This document shows, in pieces, positions 37,126-46,505 of a DNA stretch of 64,000 nucleotides; position 1 is the first letter of the stretch, and each line of letters starts with the position of its first letter. The notes under the pieces were generated by a model. It searched no databases. It worked only from the letters and a program-made list of their open reading frames with translations, and was not told the origin of the DNA. The DNA is from an uncultured virus (IMG/VR IMGVR_UViG_3300044653_000122) (lineage: Duplodnaviria > Heunggongvirae > Uroviricota > Caudoviricetes). Where the stretch lies: IMG/VR virus record IMGVR_UViG_3300044653_000122, one strand, 5' to 3'. The position numbers and the translations under genes are program-made.

Positions 37126-37741
37126 TGTTGCGTGCCTCCATGTGCATGAGAAGAGTGTCGATGCGTGCCTGGATGACCGGGCGACGATCCTCGGGGAGCG
37201 TGGTCAGAAGGTTCGTGAGCCTCTCCAACTCGGTCGCCTCCTGAGTAGCCACTGTAGCGCGCTGCGCTTCGGCTTGGACCTGAGCGTTGTTGCCGAACGT
37301 CAACATGAAGTGCCGCTCGGCCTCTTCTCGGTCATTGGCGAACAGCCGGTTGCGCTGCGGCACGGGCTGCCCCACCTGTTCACGACCACCAGCCCCTTCT
37401 TCGAGAACCGCGAAGTCCTCGACCCTCTTAGCGCGCGTGCGCAAGATGGACTGACCGATGTTGCAGAGGCGAGAGGCCTCGGCGTACTTCCCGGGCTCGT
37501 TCCCACGAAGGATCTCGATAATCGCCTCGTCGATAGCGTTGATGGCCAGTTCGAGAGCGGCGCCAGCAGGGTTCTTCGCCACGCCACGGGCACCTTTCAT
37601 CTCTTCGGCTTGTGCCACGACTTCCTCCATTAGCTCGACAGCTCGGGTTTCAACCTGATTTTGTGGTGCCCCTGGCCCCAGTTCCTCCTGAGCACGCTGA
37701 AGCGCGATGGTGGCGAAACGGATAAGCCTCTCGGACACCAT
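36929..37741 (-). CDS. Helical hypothetical protein (197-nt overlap with the next gene)
   Basis: GGTGTA motif upstream. Confidence 0.65.
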   Translation of the reverse strand: MVSERLIRFATIALQRAQEELGPGAPQNQVETRAVELMEEVVAQAEEMKGARGVAKNPAGAALELAINAIDEAIIEILRGNEPGKYAEASRLCNIGQSILRTRAKRVEDFAVLEEGAGGREQVGQPVPQRNRLFANDREEAERHFMLTFGNNAQVQAEAQRATVATQEATELERLTNLLTTLPEDRRPVIQARIDTLLMHMEARNNVRVDPEDGVADPVVPRGHQAGEEGQVADGPPRLPAHGNGREGDGVPAFACRVDDAAPQVMGVGG

Positions 37742-37744
37742 GCT

Positions 37745-38251
37745 CTATACACCGGCCCGCGAAGAGAACTCACCCCAGACGATGTTGTCGGTGACGCGGA
37801 AGGCTCCCGCCCGCCCCTTGTGCACCGGAAGGACTCCGAGAAATTCGGGCTCACACACCCCGTAAACTTCTGCGGGCGGGACCTCGTGGTGCTCGAACAA
37901 CATCACAGTGTGCCCCAACCAGGGCTTGACCATCTTCTCGCACAGAGGGACGAAGGCAGGATGCACCAAGATGGCCGAGAGTCTAACATCGTGGCCGTAC
38001 ATCGCCTCGTGAGCCGCCATGAGCGTGAAGGGTTGGAGCGGTGGGATCTTTTCTCGCATCTCGATGATGCTGCACACGACATCCGACCGAAGCTCTTCGA
38101 GGATGAACTTCTCCGTGTCCCACGGCTCTTCAAGTCGGATGAACGGGACGGTCTTCACCGATCCGCTCATCGTGTCGTATCGAGGGGTGGCGTCTGATGG
38201 CAGAAGATCCACCATAAAGAGACGTTCAACATCCGTACGTGCCACGACCAT
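37745..38251 (-). CDS. Hypothetical protein
   Basis: EPEFLGVLP motif; start uncertain. Confidence 0.65.
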   Translation of the reverse strand: MVVARTDVERLFMVDLLPSDATPRYDTMSGSVKTVPFIRLEEPWDTEKFILEELRSDVVCSIIEMREKIPPLQPFTLMAAHEAMYGHDVRLSAILVHPAFVPLCEKMVKPWLGHTVMLFEHHEVPPAEVYGVCEPEFLGVLPVHKGRAGAFRVTDNIVWGEFSSRAGV

Positions 38252-38294
38252 GGCGATCAATGCCTACACCGAGGCCTCTCCGTGCGCCAACCTT

Positions 38295-38320
38295 TTGATC
38301 GAGCTACCTGCCGGGTGTAA
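38295..38320 (+). promoter_or_regulatory. Class-1 motif
   Basis: TTGATC-N15-TGTAA-N6-ATG. Confidence 0.8.
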
Positions 38321-38326
38321 GGGATC

Positions 38327-38605
38327 ATGCGGTCGAAGGTGTGGACCCCCGAGGTTGAGGCTCGCCGTGTGGCGAAGCGTCGCCGGAGGTCAGCCCGTCG
38401 TGCCATGGCCAAGCTGTTGTCGCGCCTGGCCATCCCAGGTCAGCCGGGGGCCCCGGGCTACGTTGTCATCTGCTTCGTCCCCGATCCTCCGCTGGACCGC
38501 GCAGGTGTGCGCCACACCCTCCCCGGATGGTGGGCGTATGTGACCGAGAACCGAGAGGCAAAGGAAGAGAAGGAGGAGGACGTTCTGCCCAAAGGCCGAG
38601 CATGA
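38327..38605 (+). CDS. Small basic protein
   Basis: Directly follows the class-1 motif. Confidence 0.6.
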   Translation: MRSKVWTPEVEARRVAKRRRRSARRAMAKLLSRLAIPGQPGAPGYVVICFVPDPPLDRAGVRHTLPGWWAYVTENREAKEEKEEDVLPKGRA

Positions 38606-38606
38606 T

Positions 38607-39122
38607 CTACTCCTGAACCACTTGGGCCGCTGGCTCCTCGCTTGGGGTAGTAGGTTCTCCCTTGAGATGAGCGATCTCCCCCTCGATGGCGCTGGCACGT
38701 GTGATGAGCTGCTCGCGCTCGGCCTGAAGGGCACGGATCTTGTCGGCTACGGACATTCTTGCGCTCTTGGCCCGAAGGACTGCGTTTACCCCCGATGAGC
38801 ACTTCTCGACGAGGAGGGAGTCATCCGTTTTGGCGACGACAACCCCGTACCAACGATCCTTGCGCTTGTTGCCGTGCTGTGTCGTCCAGTCGGCTGCGAA
38901 CTCCACCGCGTCGAAGAGGTCGATTCTATCGGCCAGGTAGAGACACTCCCCACGGGCACGCGTCACGAAACGCCGGGCTAGACCTCCAGGCATCATCCCG
39001 TCGATGTCGATCACGGCCAAGTAGTTCGTGGCCTGTGGACGATTGTCGTAGATGGGGGCATCGAGAAGGGCTCCGTTCGCCTGTCGGAGCTTCATGACCT
39101 GGTTCGTTTGTTGTTGTGCCAT
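38607..39122 (-). CDS. Hypothetical protein
   Basis: DAVEFAAD motif; GGTGTA motif upstream. Confidence 0.7.
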   Translation of the reverse strand: MAQQQTNQVMKLRQANGALLDAPIYDNRPQATNYLAVIDIDGMMPGGLARRFVTRARGECLYLADRIDLFDAVEFAADWTTQHGNKRKDRWYGVVVAKTDDSLLVEKCSSGVNAVLRAKSARMSVADKIRALQAEREQLITRASAIEGEIAHLKGEPTTPSEEPAAQVVQE

Positions 39123-39178
39123 GACGGCGCCACACTTACACCGGAAAACTGGGTCCGGTCCGGTGTATGGACATAGAT

Positions 39179-39910
39179 ATGCCGACGAAGAGAAAGAAGA
39201 AGAACGGGGAGCCCGAAAAGATCGAAGAGTACGGCGCGCCGGGGAGGCAAGATCACAAGATCGTTCCCGTTCACGTGGTCGAGCAAGGGAAGTTCCTCAA
39301 GTGGGCCTACGACTGCGATTCCCGCTGGGACCGCTACACGGTGGACACCGGGACCCCCAGATCCACCATGCTGTTCAACTTCGAGATGCCCGTCGGTAAA
39401 CTCGGACCGCTTCTCGTGCTCGACAACTATGGGGACGAGGGCATCCCCGACGAGATCCGTCAGAAGATCCTGAACACGAAAATGTTCAGGCAGACGATCG
39501 GTATCTTCAAAACGACGGGGGAGATCGTCCACGTCTCCTTCATCAAGGAAAAGGTCCCGAGGCCCGGATGCTCCGAGGAAGGGGACCCTGGGGGCACGGA
39601 CACCGTCTACGCGCTGACCTTTTGGCGGTTTGGTTGGATGGGGAACGGCCGCCGCCTCTTCGTGCCGAAGGACTACATCAAGCGCCTCGACGAGCTGAAG
39701 AGTCAAAAGCGCCCGTTCCGCCTGACCGTCCGGGACACCGCCCTTTTCGATTTCATCACGCGATGGAGGGGCTTCGAGAACATGCAAGAGAACATCGCGG
39801 TTATCCTCAATTTTTCCCAGGATCGGATCCAGATTTGGCGTGACGGCTACTTCCGTTACTCCGACTGGATGAGTTCGGACAATCCCCACGACCCGGAGCA
39901 CCGCAAGTGA
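39179..39910 (+). CDS. Hypothetical protein
   Basis: ATG 10 nt after GGTGTAT. Confidence 0.75.
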   Translation: MPTKRKKKNGEPEKIEEYGAPGRQDHKIVPVHVVEQGKFLKWAYDCDSRWDRYTVDTGTPRSTMLFNFEMPVGKLGPLLVLDNYGDEGIPDEIRQKILNTKMFRQTIGIFKTTGEIVHVSFIKEKVPRPGCSEEGDPGGTDTVYALTFWRFGWMGNGRRLFVPKDYIKRLDELKSQKRPFRLTVRDTALFDFITRWRGFENMQENIAVILNFSQDRIQIWRDGYFRYSDWMSSDNPHDPEHRK

Positions 39911-40242
39911 GCGAAGCAAAGAAACGCAACCCAGAGACCATTGAGGTAGCTCGTCAGCGCCTCCTTCAAGTCGTCCCTCATCTGCGCTACGCGATGAAAC
40001 TGGCTGTCAAAGAGGCGGGGGTAGGGGGAGCCGTTGAGATCGGACTTCTCGCAATCCCCGCCGACAATCAGGGCGGCAGGGTCGTGGCTCGGTTCAACGC
40101 AGGCGAGTTCTGGGAGGATCTTGCGGCAGTCATCGACGCTCCCGACGAGTCTGAGGAGACCCAGAGCGAGGCGCAGGCCCAGCACATCGTGGACACTATC
40201 CGCGCCATGGGCGGTACGATCGTCGACTCGTCGATCAAGTGA
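39907..40242 (+). CDS. Hypothetical protein
   Basis: GTGA overlap. Confidence 0.7.
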   Translation: MSEAKKRNPETIEVARQRLLQVVPHLRYAMKLAVKEAGVGGAVEIGLLAIPADNQGGRVVARFNAGEFWEDLAAVIDAPDESEETQSEAQAQHIVDTIRAMGGTIVDSSIK

Positions 40243-40260
40243 GCGGTGTATGGCACGGCC

Positions 40261-40470
40261 ATGACAATCGACGTAGGAGTCATTGCACAGATTGATCAAG
40301 AGATCGATCGGTGCATGTCCCTGATTCGAACATGCTCACCCCTCCCGCCGGAAAAGAGGGTGATGGCCACCACTCGGCAACACGAGTACCTCAGGCTTCT
40401 TGAAGAAGCCCGCCACCAAATGGCGAAGGAGGTCTTTCCAGACCTCCTTCCAAACCGGGTTCTCGGCTAG
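40261..40470 (+). CDS. Small hypothetical protein
   Basis: ATG 9 nt after GGTGTAT. Confidence 0.6.
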   Translation: MTIDVGVIAQIDQEIDRCMSLIRTCSPLPPEKRVMATTRQHEYLRLLEEARHQMAKEVFPDLLPNRVLG

Positions 40471-40477
40471 AGGCCCC

Positions 40478-41392
40478 TCAGTCCACCCAGCCGCCGAAGC
40501 CCTGCCCCACATTGGCCTCGGCGTTGCGGACGACCTTCCGCCACCCACTGAAGTTGACGGCGGCGTGGTCGACGTGACGGACCCGACCACGGATGAAGAC
40601 CTCCCGGGTGCGGATGGGAAACCCGCTGACCGGGAGCGCACCAGGGAGCACGACCAGCTCGTCTGCCGTGTGGGGGTTGCCCCTGGACTGGCGGACGCGC
40701 CGAGCCCTCACCGCTCCGTCCGTGAACGGACCGATGGGGACGTTGTGCTCCATGACGAGAAGGTTCTGACGGAGCCCATCCTCGATGGCCTGAGTCTCCT
40801 CCTTGGATGCCTCCAGGAAGAACCACTCCCCCTGACGGACCGAGTCGACGCCCTGGCTCTCAGCGAAGGCAACAGATCCGGTCTTGAGGATGGCGTGGGC
40901 CTCCCTGACGGTGGACACCCCACGGGGGAGCTGGGCGAGGAAGAGCTGTCGCTCGTCCAGTCCAGCCAGAAGGTGGCGCTTCGAGTCGGGGGTGCGACGG
41001 CGGACACGGACCTGTCCGTGGTCCACCATAACGTCCTGCTCTCGGACGCCGGTTTTCCTGGCAACCGCGGCCTGCCAACCAGGCTCACGGCTGAGGGAAG
41101 CGGAGAAGGCCCAGAAGGGGAGAGGCTCGTAGAACTCTCTCACGGGCTCGTGGATCATGAGGACCACCTGCCCGTACCGCTTGTCGGTGCCCACCACCGA
41201 AATGCGGTTCTCCTCTGCTCCAGGGAAGATGCGGAACCACTCCTGGCGCCGGCTTCCGTTGGTCTTCCGTGCGATGTCGATCTGCACGATGTCGCGGGAT
41301 CCCCGGCCCCCGAGACCGCCGATGATCGGCCGGTCGTGGAGGACGAGCGTCAGACCCGCGTCGGCGAACTGCCGAACGAGATGCTCACGCAT
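40478..41392 (-). CDS. Conserved-looking phage protein (RQGEWFF and RH.DH motifs)
   Basis: GLDERQLF, RQGEWFF, GNPH, RGRVRHVDH; GGAG SD. Confidence 0.75.
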   Translation of the reverse strand: MREHLVRQFADAGLTLVLHDRPIIGGLGGRGSRDIVQIDIARKTNGSRRQEWFRIFPGAEENRISVVGTDKRYGQVVLMIHEPVREFYEPLPFWAFSASLSREPGWQAAVARKTGVREQDVMVDHGQVRVRRRTPDSKRHLLAGLDERQLFLAQLPRGVSTVREAHAILKTGSVAFAESQGVDSVRQGEWFFLEASKEETQAIEDGLRQNLLVMEHNVPIGPFTDGAVRARRVRQSRGNPHTADELVVLPGALPVSGFPIRTREVFIRGRVRHVDHAAVNFSGWRKVVRNAEANVGQGFGGWVD

Positions 41393-41545
41393 GAAACACT
41401 ACTCCCTTGGTCTCCGCGTACGGAGCTTTGAATAGATACCACCGAGTTTTTCGGGCGGAATTGCCCAGAAAACTACAGGTTTGTACTACTCTCAAGGGAG
41501 AGGAGGCCGAGCACGAGACCATGATGGATCGGCCGACGGACAACG

Positions 41546-41752
41546 TCAAGCCCGAAGACGTTCGGGGACCCAGGTGCCGTTGTCGTCCAGGATGAACTGC
41601 TCGTCGTGGTCCAGCGTATAGTTCACCGGGACCAGCTTGAGAGTCGCCGTTTTCGCGCGGACCCAACGTGCCTCCCCCTGTTCTACGAGCCGGCGGGCCT
41701 GAACGAGCGTCTTGTCCCCGAGGTCATAGTTCGCAATGCCGAGACTGATCAC
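41546..41752 (-). CDS. Small hypothetical protein
   Basis: Purine-rich SD upstream. Confidence 0.55.
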   Translation of the reverse strand: MISLGIANYDLGDKTLVQARRLVEQGEARWVRAKTATLKLVPVNYTLDHDEQFILDDNGTWVPERLRA

Positions 41753-41766
41753 TCTCTTCTCCTTCT

Positions 41767-42102
41767 TTAGGCGGGCTCCGCCCAGTAGACTGGGTTGTAT
41801 TCCCCGTAGACATTGAACCTCTCGATGAGTCCCTCGGGTTCCCGGCTCACACTCACCATCGTCGGCCCGCCTTTGCCGTTGGCAATCAGGCCGTTGGCAA
41901 TCAGGTACTCAGCGCTGTCACGATCATCCTGCTCTGCCCAGTCCTCGGCAGCCCCCTGGGCCGTGTACGAGTAGATTAGGCGCGCATCTTCCTGCGTCTC
42001 ACCCCGGTCTTCTGACCACACCTTCCAGGCCGGCGGGCAGACATGTGGGTAGGCACCAGGATGCGTCACCATCCCACATGTCGGGCATGTCGAAGTAGTC
42101 AT
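41767..42102 (-). CDS. Hypothetical protein
   Basis: ATG 9 nt after GGTGTAG; CPTCG...HVCP. Confidence 0.7.
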   Translation of the reverse strand: MTTSTCPTCGMVTHPGAYPHVCPPAWKVWSEDRGETQEDARLIYSYTAQGAAEDWAEQDDRDSAEYLIANGLIANGKGGPTMVSVSREPEGLIERFNVYGEYNPVYWAEPA

Positions 42103-42120
42103 CGCGTGAGGCTACACCGA

Positions 42121-42324
42121 CTAGGGGTCATCGGGCTCGATGCGCTCCTCGACAGCGTCCTCGTAGCGCCCGTCCCCGAAGATTTCCGGCTTGTACTGGG
42201 CACGGACGGCATCTTCGCAGTCGCCGCATACGCGGGACACCTCGATGCCCTTGGCGTCTTTGAGCCACCACGAGTTTTGCTTGGTGTGGGTTTGCTTGTG
42301 ACGGTAAAGCTGTTCGGCGTCCAT
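42121..42324 (-). CDS. Small hypothetical protein
   Basis: SWWLKDAKGI.VSRVCGDC. Confidence 0.65.
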   Translation of the reverse strand: MDAEQLYRHKQTHTKQNSWWLKDAKGIEVSRVCGDCEDAVRAQYKPEIFGDGRYEDAVEERIEPDDP

Positions 42325-42331
42325 GGGGCCC

Positions 42332-42583
42332 TCAGTTGGTGGGGATAATTTTGAGCAGTCGGTCGAGTTCGGCGATGACGTTGGCGAGGTCTCGTTGATC
42401 CTTCTCGCCCGAGAACTGGAATCGCTCTTGTGCGCGGTCGAGCCGGTCTCGGACCTCCTCGACCTTGGAGCGGGCAACCAGCTCCGGGTGCGACTCGCAA
42501 ACGGCAACTTCGATGGCCAGTGCCAGAAGCTCGTCGTCACCGAGCTTCTGGCACCAAACGACCAGGCGCGCCGGTAGACCCAT
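42332..42583 (-). CDS. Small hypothetical protein
   Basis: TGATG coupling. Confidence 0.55.
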   Translation of the reverse strand: MGLPARLVVWCQKLGDDELLALAIEVAVCESHPELVARSKVEEVRDRLDRAQERFQFSGEKDQRDLANVIAELDRLLKIIPTN

Positions 42584-42963
42584 CACTTCGCGTAGACGGC
42601 CGCGTACCAGCCCGTGCACTCCTCGATGTAGCACCCGATCTTCTCCAACTCGGCGGACATCGCCGTGTGGGTCGCGTACGGGTCTCGCACCTGGATTCCT
42701 TCGGCATGCAGCATCTCGGTCGTTTCGAGGCACGCGTCCAAGTTGAAGGCCCCGCGATGATCACCCCCGTCGTAGACGACGATGAGAAGGGACTCACGGC
42801 CGTACTGCTCGCCGCGCGCCGTCCACTCCTTGGGGGAATAGAACGCCTTGCACCCGCCGGTGTCGGTCATCTCCCGCTCCTGGAGGAACTTGAGGATGGT
42901 CTTGTGGGCCTTGCGCCCCTTCACGGTGAGGTTCGAGGGCTGTTCCAGGTAGTTGATGGTCAT
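42583..42963 (-). CDS. Hypothetical protein (predicted leaderless)
   Basis: TGGCKAFYSP.EW..RGE.YG; ATG 7 nt after the motif. Confidence 0.75.
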   Translation of the reverse strand: MTINYLEQPSNLTVKGRKAHKTILKFLQEREMTDTGGCKAFYSPKEWTARGEQYGRESLLIVVYDGGDHRGAFNLDACLETTEMLHAEGIQVRDPYATHTAMSAELEKIGCYIEECTGWYAAVYAK

Positions 42964-42970
42964 GGCCCCA

Positions 42971-42996
42971 TTACAGCGGGAAGGTTGTTCGATCAA
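42971..42996 (-). promoter_or_regulatory. Class-1 motif
   Basis: TTGATC-N15-TGTAA-N7-ATG. Confidence 0.85.
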
Positions 42997-43051
42997 ACCG
43001 AAAATGGTACATACACCAGACGCGGCCGAGACGCGGCCGGTGTAGGATGGC

Positions 43052-43077
43052 TTGATCAGAGAGCAGTCGAGCTGTAG
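43052..43077 (+). promoter_or_regulatory. Class-1 motif
   Basis: TTGATC-N15-TGTAG; ATG 13 nt downstream. Confidence 0.8.
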
Positions 43078-43090
43078 AAGCGACGAATCC

Positions 43091-43816
43091 ATGGCCACCC
43101 GGAAGAAGAACATTACGGCCCCAGCTAAGCAAGAGCGAGAGCACTTCAAGCCTCCGTGGTTTCACCAACGGTTCAGCGACCTTCAGCATTCGACGACCAG
43201 GCTCCAACGGATGGTCCAGTACGTCATGGAGGGGGAGATCCGTCTACCCAAATTCCAGCGTGGCTGGGTGTGGTCCGACGAACAGGTGGTGAGGCTCTTC
43301 GACAGCCTCATCCGGGGCTACCACGTCGGAAGTCTTCTCATTTGGGAACGCTATCAGCTCAAGGCCTCGACGGAGATTTTCGGCGGCATCCCCGTCAACG
43401 CCCCCGCCCCGAGGTACTCTGGGTACCTCCTCGTAGATGGGCAGCAACGTGTCGCCTCCCTGATGATGGCGGCATTTTCGGGACGGTTCTGGTTCGACCT
43501 GCAAGAGGGCTCTCTCGTCCTAGAGTCCGGTCCGTGGAGAGCCCCCGCGGAGCATTTCCTCAGGGGGCACATGTCTGACTTCCTGGACTGGCCTCGCCAG
43601 CATGCTGCCGATCACGGGCTCAACGAGGCGCTGGTTTGGGACTCGTGGACTGCGATGGCCGATGTGCTCCAGCGTTGCGCCTTCAGCGCAGTACGTCTCG
43701 GGAACGACTGGACCCTCGATCGAGTCATGGAGACCTTCAGGCGAATCAACACGGAGGGGACCAAGATGGATCCCTCCGAATTGGAAGAAGCCCTTCGACG
43801 CGCACAGGAATCATGA
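43091..43816 (+). CDS. Stand-alone DUF262 (GmrS/ParB-like) domain protein
   Basis: LPKFQRGWVW, LFDSLIRGYHVG, LLVDGQQR, FRRINT.G. Confidence 0.85.
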   Translation: MATRKKNITAPAKQEREHFKPPWFHQRFSDLQHSTTRLQRMVQYVMEGEIRLPKFQRGWVWSDEQVVRLFDSLIRGYHVGSLLIWERYQLKASTEIFGGIPVNAPAPRYSGYLLVDGQQRVASLMMAAFSGRFWFDLQEGSLVLESGPWRAPAEHFLRGHMSDFLDWPRQHAADHGLNEALVWDSWTAMADVLQRCAFSAVRLGNDWTLDRVMETFRRINTEGTKMDPSELEEALRRAQES

Positions 43817-44061
43817 ACCTCCCCACGACGGCTCAACAACGAAAGCTCGTCCGTTTGCTCGCAACGTACATCCTCAAGGACCACGCGCACATCAAGGTCC
43901 AGGAGAAGGCCTACAACGCGTGGATGTCCTACTTCGAGGCATTGGAGGCACGGTTCCCTCACATCGCCTTCCGCAGTGAGGTGATGACGGAGTCCCTGGT
44001 CGCTGCGGCGAAACGTGAAGCAGGTAAGAAGCTCTTCCGAGGCCCTGGCGCGACTTGCTGA
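43813..44061 (+). CDS. Small hypothetical protein
   Basis: ATGA overlap. Confidence 0.6.
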   Translation: MNLPTTAQQRKLVRLLATYILKDHAHIKVQEKAYNAWMSYFEALEARFPHIAFRSEVMTESLVAAAKREAGKKLFRGPGATC

Positions 44062-44068
44062 AAGTCTT

Positions 44069-44094
44069 TTGATCGAGGGCTAGGCCGACTGTAG
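44069..44094 (+). promoter_or_regulatory. Class-1 motif
   Basis: TTGATC-N15-TGTAG-N7-ATG. Confidence 0.85.
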
Positions 44095-44101
44095 AGGAGA
44101 C

Positions 44102-44248
44102 ATGAACACCCGCCGCGCCCGCAAGAACCTCCTCGCCTGCTACAGCTTCCGCGGCCACGATTTCGAGGTCATCGGTCGCTGGGCCAAGAAGGTCACCAAC
44201 CGCGCTCGCCGTGCCCTCGACAAGGCTGTGTGCCGCGAGGTCGACTGA
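44102..44248 (+). CDS. Small basic protein (48 aa, not in the ORF track)
   Basis: MNTRRARKNLLAC...NRARRALDKAVC; located via the motif. Confidence 0.7.
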   Translation: MNTRRARKNLLACYSFRGHDFEVIGRWAKKVTNRARRALDKAVCREVD

Positions 44249-44505
44249 TGTCCCCGGCAGATACGGCCAAGGAGCGAATCAACGCACTCCTCACCCCAGA
44301 GGACCACGCCACCCTCAGCAAGGCCCTAACCGAGTGTCAAGCGCTCAGTCAGGCTATTGGAGCGCTTGGGCCCCGACTTCGCCGGACCAAGCCTGGTACC
44401 AAGAAACACAAGAAGTACTGGGATGACCTCACGAAGATGGAGAACGAGAGGTACGAGCATTCCGACAAGATCCGGTTTTTTCTCGGGACGGGACTCGTCC
44501 TGTGA
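44248..44505 (+). CDS. Small hypothetical protein
   Basis: TGATG coupling. Confidence 0.6.
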   Translation: MSPADTAKERINALLTPEDHATLSKALTECQALSQAIGALGPRLRRTKPGTKKHKKYWDDLTKMENERYEHSDKIRFFLGTGLVL

Positions 44506-44523
44506 CTCGAAAGGAAGTCTAAC

Positions 44524-44862
44524 ATGCCCCGCGCTGACGGTACCCCTACCATCCTGGAATTGATCGTCCCTGAATACCTCGATGAGGCCGGAAGGGATGA
44601 CGATCCCGTCACGTTTCTGGCTGATCTGGAGGCCAAGTTGGGTCACACCCCCTCGTGGGAAGAGATCGACACGGAGCTGGGTCTGGACCGCCGCGCCCTG
44701 TCTGGCAAGACGTGGCCGCAGGAGGAGGACTGCCCTGGGTGCGACGGGCACAGAGACAAGGGTCCCCATCGCTTTAGTTGCCACGCTCAGGGCGGGGGCC
44801 AGCTCGTCGTCCCCATGATCGAGGTCGACGGCAAGTTCAAGGTAGACCTGCCGGGAAAGTGA
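44524..44862 (+). CDS. Hypothetical protein
   Basis: CPGC...HRFSC. Confidence 0.65.
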   Translation: MPRADGTPTILELIVPEYLDEAGRDDDPVTFLADLEAKLGHTPSWEEIDTELGLDRRALSGKTWPQEEDCPGCDGHRDKGPHRFSCHAQGGGQLVVPMIEVDGKFKVDLPGK

Positions 44863-44872
44863 CGAAGAAGTT

Positions 44873-44898
44873 TTGATCGGGGCCGACGTCGACTGTAG
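44873..44898 (+). promoter_or_regulatory. Class-1 motif
   Basis: TTGATC-N15-TGTAG-N7-ATG. Confidence 0.85.
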
Positions 44899-44905
44899 AG
44901 GGGCC

Positions 44906-45439
44906 ATGAAGACCACCAAGATGCTCTGCAAGAAATACGGCGAAAACAGCACGACGGCGGCCTCGCCCGTCCGCCCCTTCGTCGAGGGGCAGGATGAGAA
45001 GCTCTTGGAGGTTACTGGCACCTTCTGCCTCAACTCTGGCGACGATCGCCTCGTTACCTGCAAGGTCTACGAGACGGCGGAGATCACCCTCCCCGACTGG
45101 CTCGACCCCACCGAGTGGGCCAACAACACGACATCGTGGAAGTGGGCATGGGGTTGTGGCGTCGATCAGACCTGGCCGGAGCACTGGCAGCGCACCTTGG
45201 CCAAGGGCAACTTCTCGACGGCGGAAAAACTCGCTCTCGTGAAGCTCCTCAAGACCAAGAACTTCCGCTCGGATTTCCGCCGCTCTCTCGCCGAGCAGGT
45301 CAAGGCGTGGCTCGATACCCCCGCCGACGACCGCAAATACAACCGGCCCCTCTCGCCCCGCCAGATGGACGCCCTCGTGGACCGCTATACGGCCCTCGAT
45401 GCGAAGCGCCTGGACTCCTCTCTCTACTATGCTCGGTGA
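44906..45439 (+). CDS. Hypothetical protein (predicted leaderless)
   Basis: LLKTKNFRSDFR.SL..QV..WL...PLSPRQ. Confidence 0.75.
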   Translation: MKTTKMLCKKYGENSTTAASPVRPFVEGQDEKLLEVTGTFCLNSGDDRLVTCKVYETAEITLPDWLDPTEWANNTTSWKWAWGCGVDQTWPEHWQRTLAKGNFSTAEKLALVKLLKTKNFRSDFRRSLAEQVKAWLDTPADDRKYNRPLSPRQMDALVDRYTALDAKRLDSSLYYAR

Positions 45440-45454
45440 GTATCAGAAAAAGGT

Positions 45455-45480
45455 TTGATCGTCGACTCCCCCAATTGTAG
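45455..45480 (+). promoter_or_regulatory. Class-1 motif
   Basis: TTGATC-N15-TGTAG-N7-ATG. Confidence 0.85.
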
Positions 45481-45487
45481 GACGGAC

Positions 45488-45898
45488 ATGAGCACCACCG
45501 ACTCCCTCCGCCGTGAACTCGCCACCCTCAAGGCCGCCTGCAAGGTGCATCGCGATCTCATCGTTGAGGCACAGTGGCAGCGGACGCTGGCCATGGAGTT
45601 CGCTGGGGTTCCCGTGAAGTTCGGCTGCTACGTCCTCGCCAAGAAGGACGAGTGGAAGTACCCCTCGGTCCAGGAGGCCTCGCGCCAGGTCGAGATCCTG
45701 GGGGAGAACGACGGCTACTACTGGGCGTGCTCGCGTATCACCGACATCGAACTCCTGCTCGGTTCGGGCAAGGGTGACCAGCTCCCCCTTCGCACGGCAT
45801 CCGAGAACGTCCCCCTCTTCGGCGGTTCGATGCCGCCCACCCACCCACCCCTCCGTCACTGGCTTCCTCATGGCCGCTACCGCGTGAAAGAACTCTGA
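45488..45898 (+). CDS. Hypothetical protein (predicted leaderless)
   Basis: ATG 7 nt after the motif. Confidence 0.7.
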   Translation: MSTTDSLRRELATLKAACKVHRDLIVEAQWQRTLAMEFAGVPVKFGCYVLAKKDEWKYPSVQEASRQVEILGENDGYYWACSRITDIELLLGSGKGDQLPLRTASENVPLFGGSMPPTHPPLRHWLPHGRYRVKEL

Positions 45899-46476
45899 TG
45901 AGCGACGACTATTTTTACGACTACAAGAAGCGCCCCCAGACCCGAGGAGGGGGTGCCGTCACGACCCCCCACTCGGCAAGCATGATCACTTTGCTGGGTT
46001 CAGGGATCGTCTCGCACGGGCTCGCCCTCAGCCGCGACGAGAACAGAGCGCTCAACAAGCTCTACGGTCTCGTGCCCGAAAAGCCCCACCAGCGCCCACC
46101 CAAGCCCGTCTTCGAGCCCGACCCGGACTTGGACTACTTCGAGCGGCAGAGAGCCGAGACGAAGTTCAAGGAGGCCGTCAAGGCGTGGGAACTGTGGGAG
46201 GATCCCAGGCACATCATGCAGGCCGGTGCGGATCGCAACATGATCCGCCACGCTCAGGCGGACGGTCTCCGCCTCATGGCCTGGTTCGCCAAGTTCGTTC
46301 CGGCTGGTGAGGACCCTCTCAAGCACCTCATCCAGGTGGTCTCAAACGGGGGCTGTGACGTGGAACCCGAGGACATCGACTGGGCGATGGGTGAAAATTC
46401 GGGCATGGCCGAGGAGCCAGAGGAGTCCGTCCCCCCTGAGGCCCCGAAAAAGAAGCGTGGTGCGAAAGCCGCTTGA
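45898..46476 (+). CDS. Hypothetical protein
   Basis: TGATG coupling; stop lies inside the next motif. Confidence 0.75.
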   Translation: MSDDYFYDYKKRPQTRGGGAVTTPHSASMITLLGSGIVSHGLALSRDENRALNKLYGLVPEKPHQRPPKPVFEPDPDLDYFERQRAETKFKEAVKAWELWEDPRHIMQAGADRNMIRHAQADGLRLMAWFAKFVPAGEDPLKHLIQVVSNGGCDVEPEDIDWAMGENSGMAEEPEESVPPEAPKKKRGAKAA

Positions 46477-46498
46477 TCGTCGGGCTCCTCGACTGTAT
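46473..46498 (+). promoter_or_regulatory. Class-1 motif
   Basis: TTGATC-N15-TGTAT-N7-ATG. Confidence 0.85.
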
Positions 46499-46505
46499 GG
46501 GGATC

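Noticed and set aside
38235..38260. Possible extra minus-strand class-1 copy, TTGATC-N15-CGTAC
   Set aside because: No start codon at the expected distance, it appears to lie in the start of a CDS, and a class-2 motif already serves that gene. Not counted.
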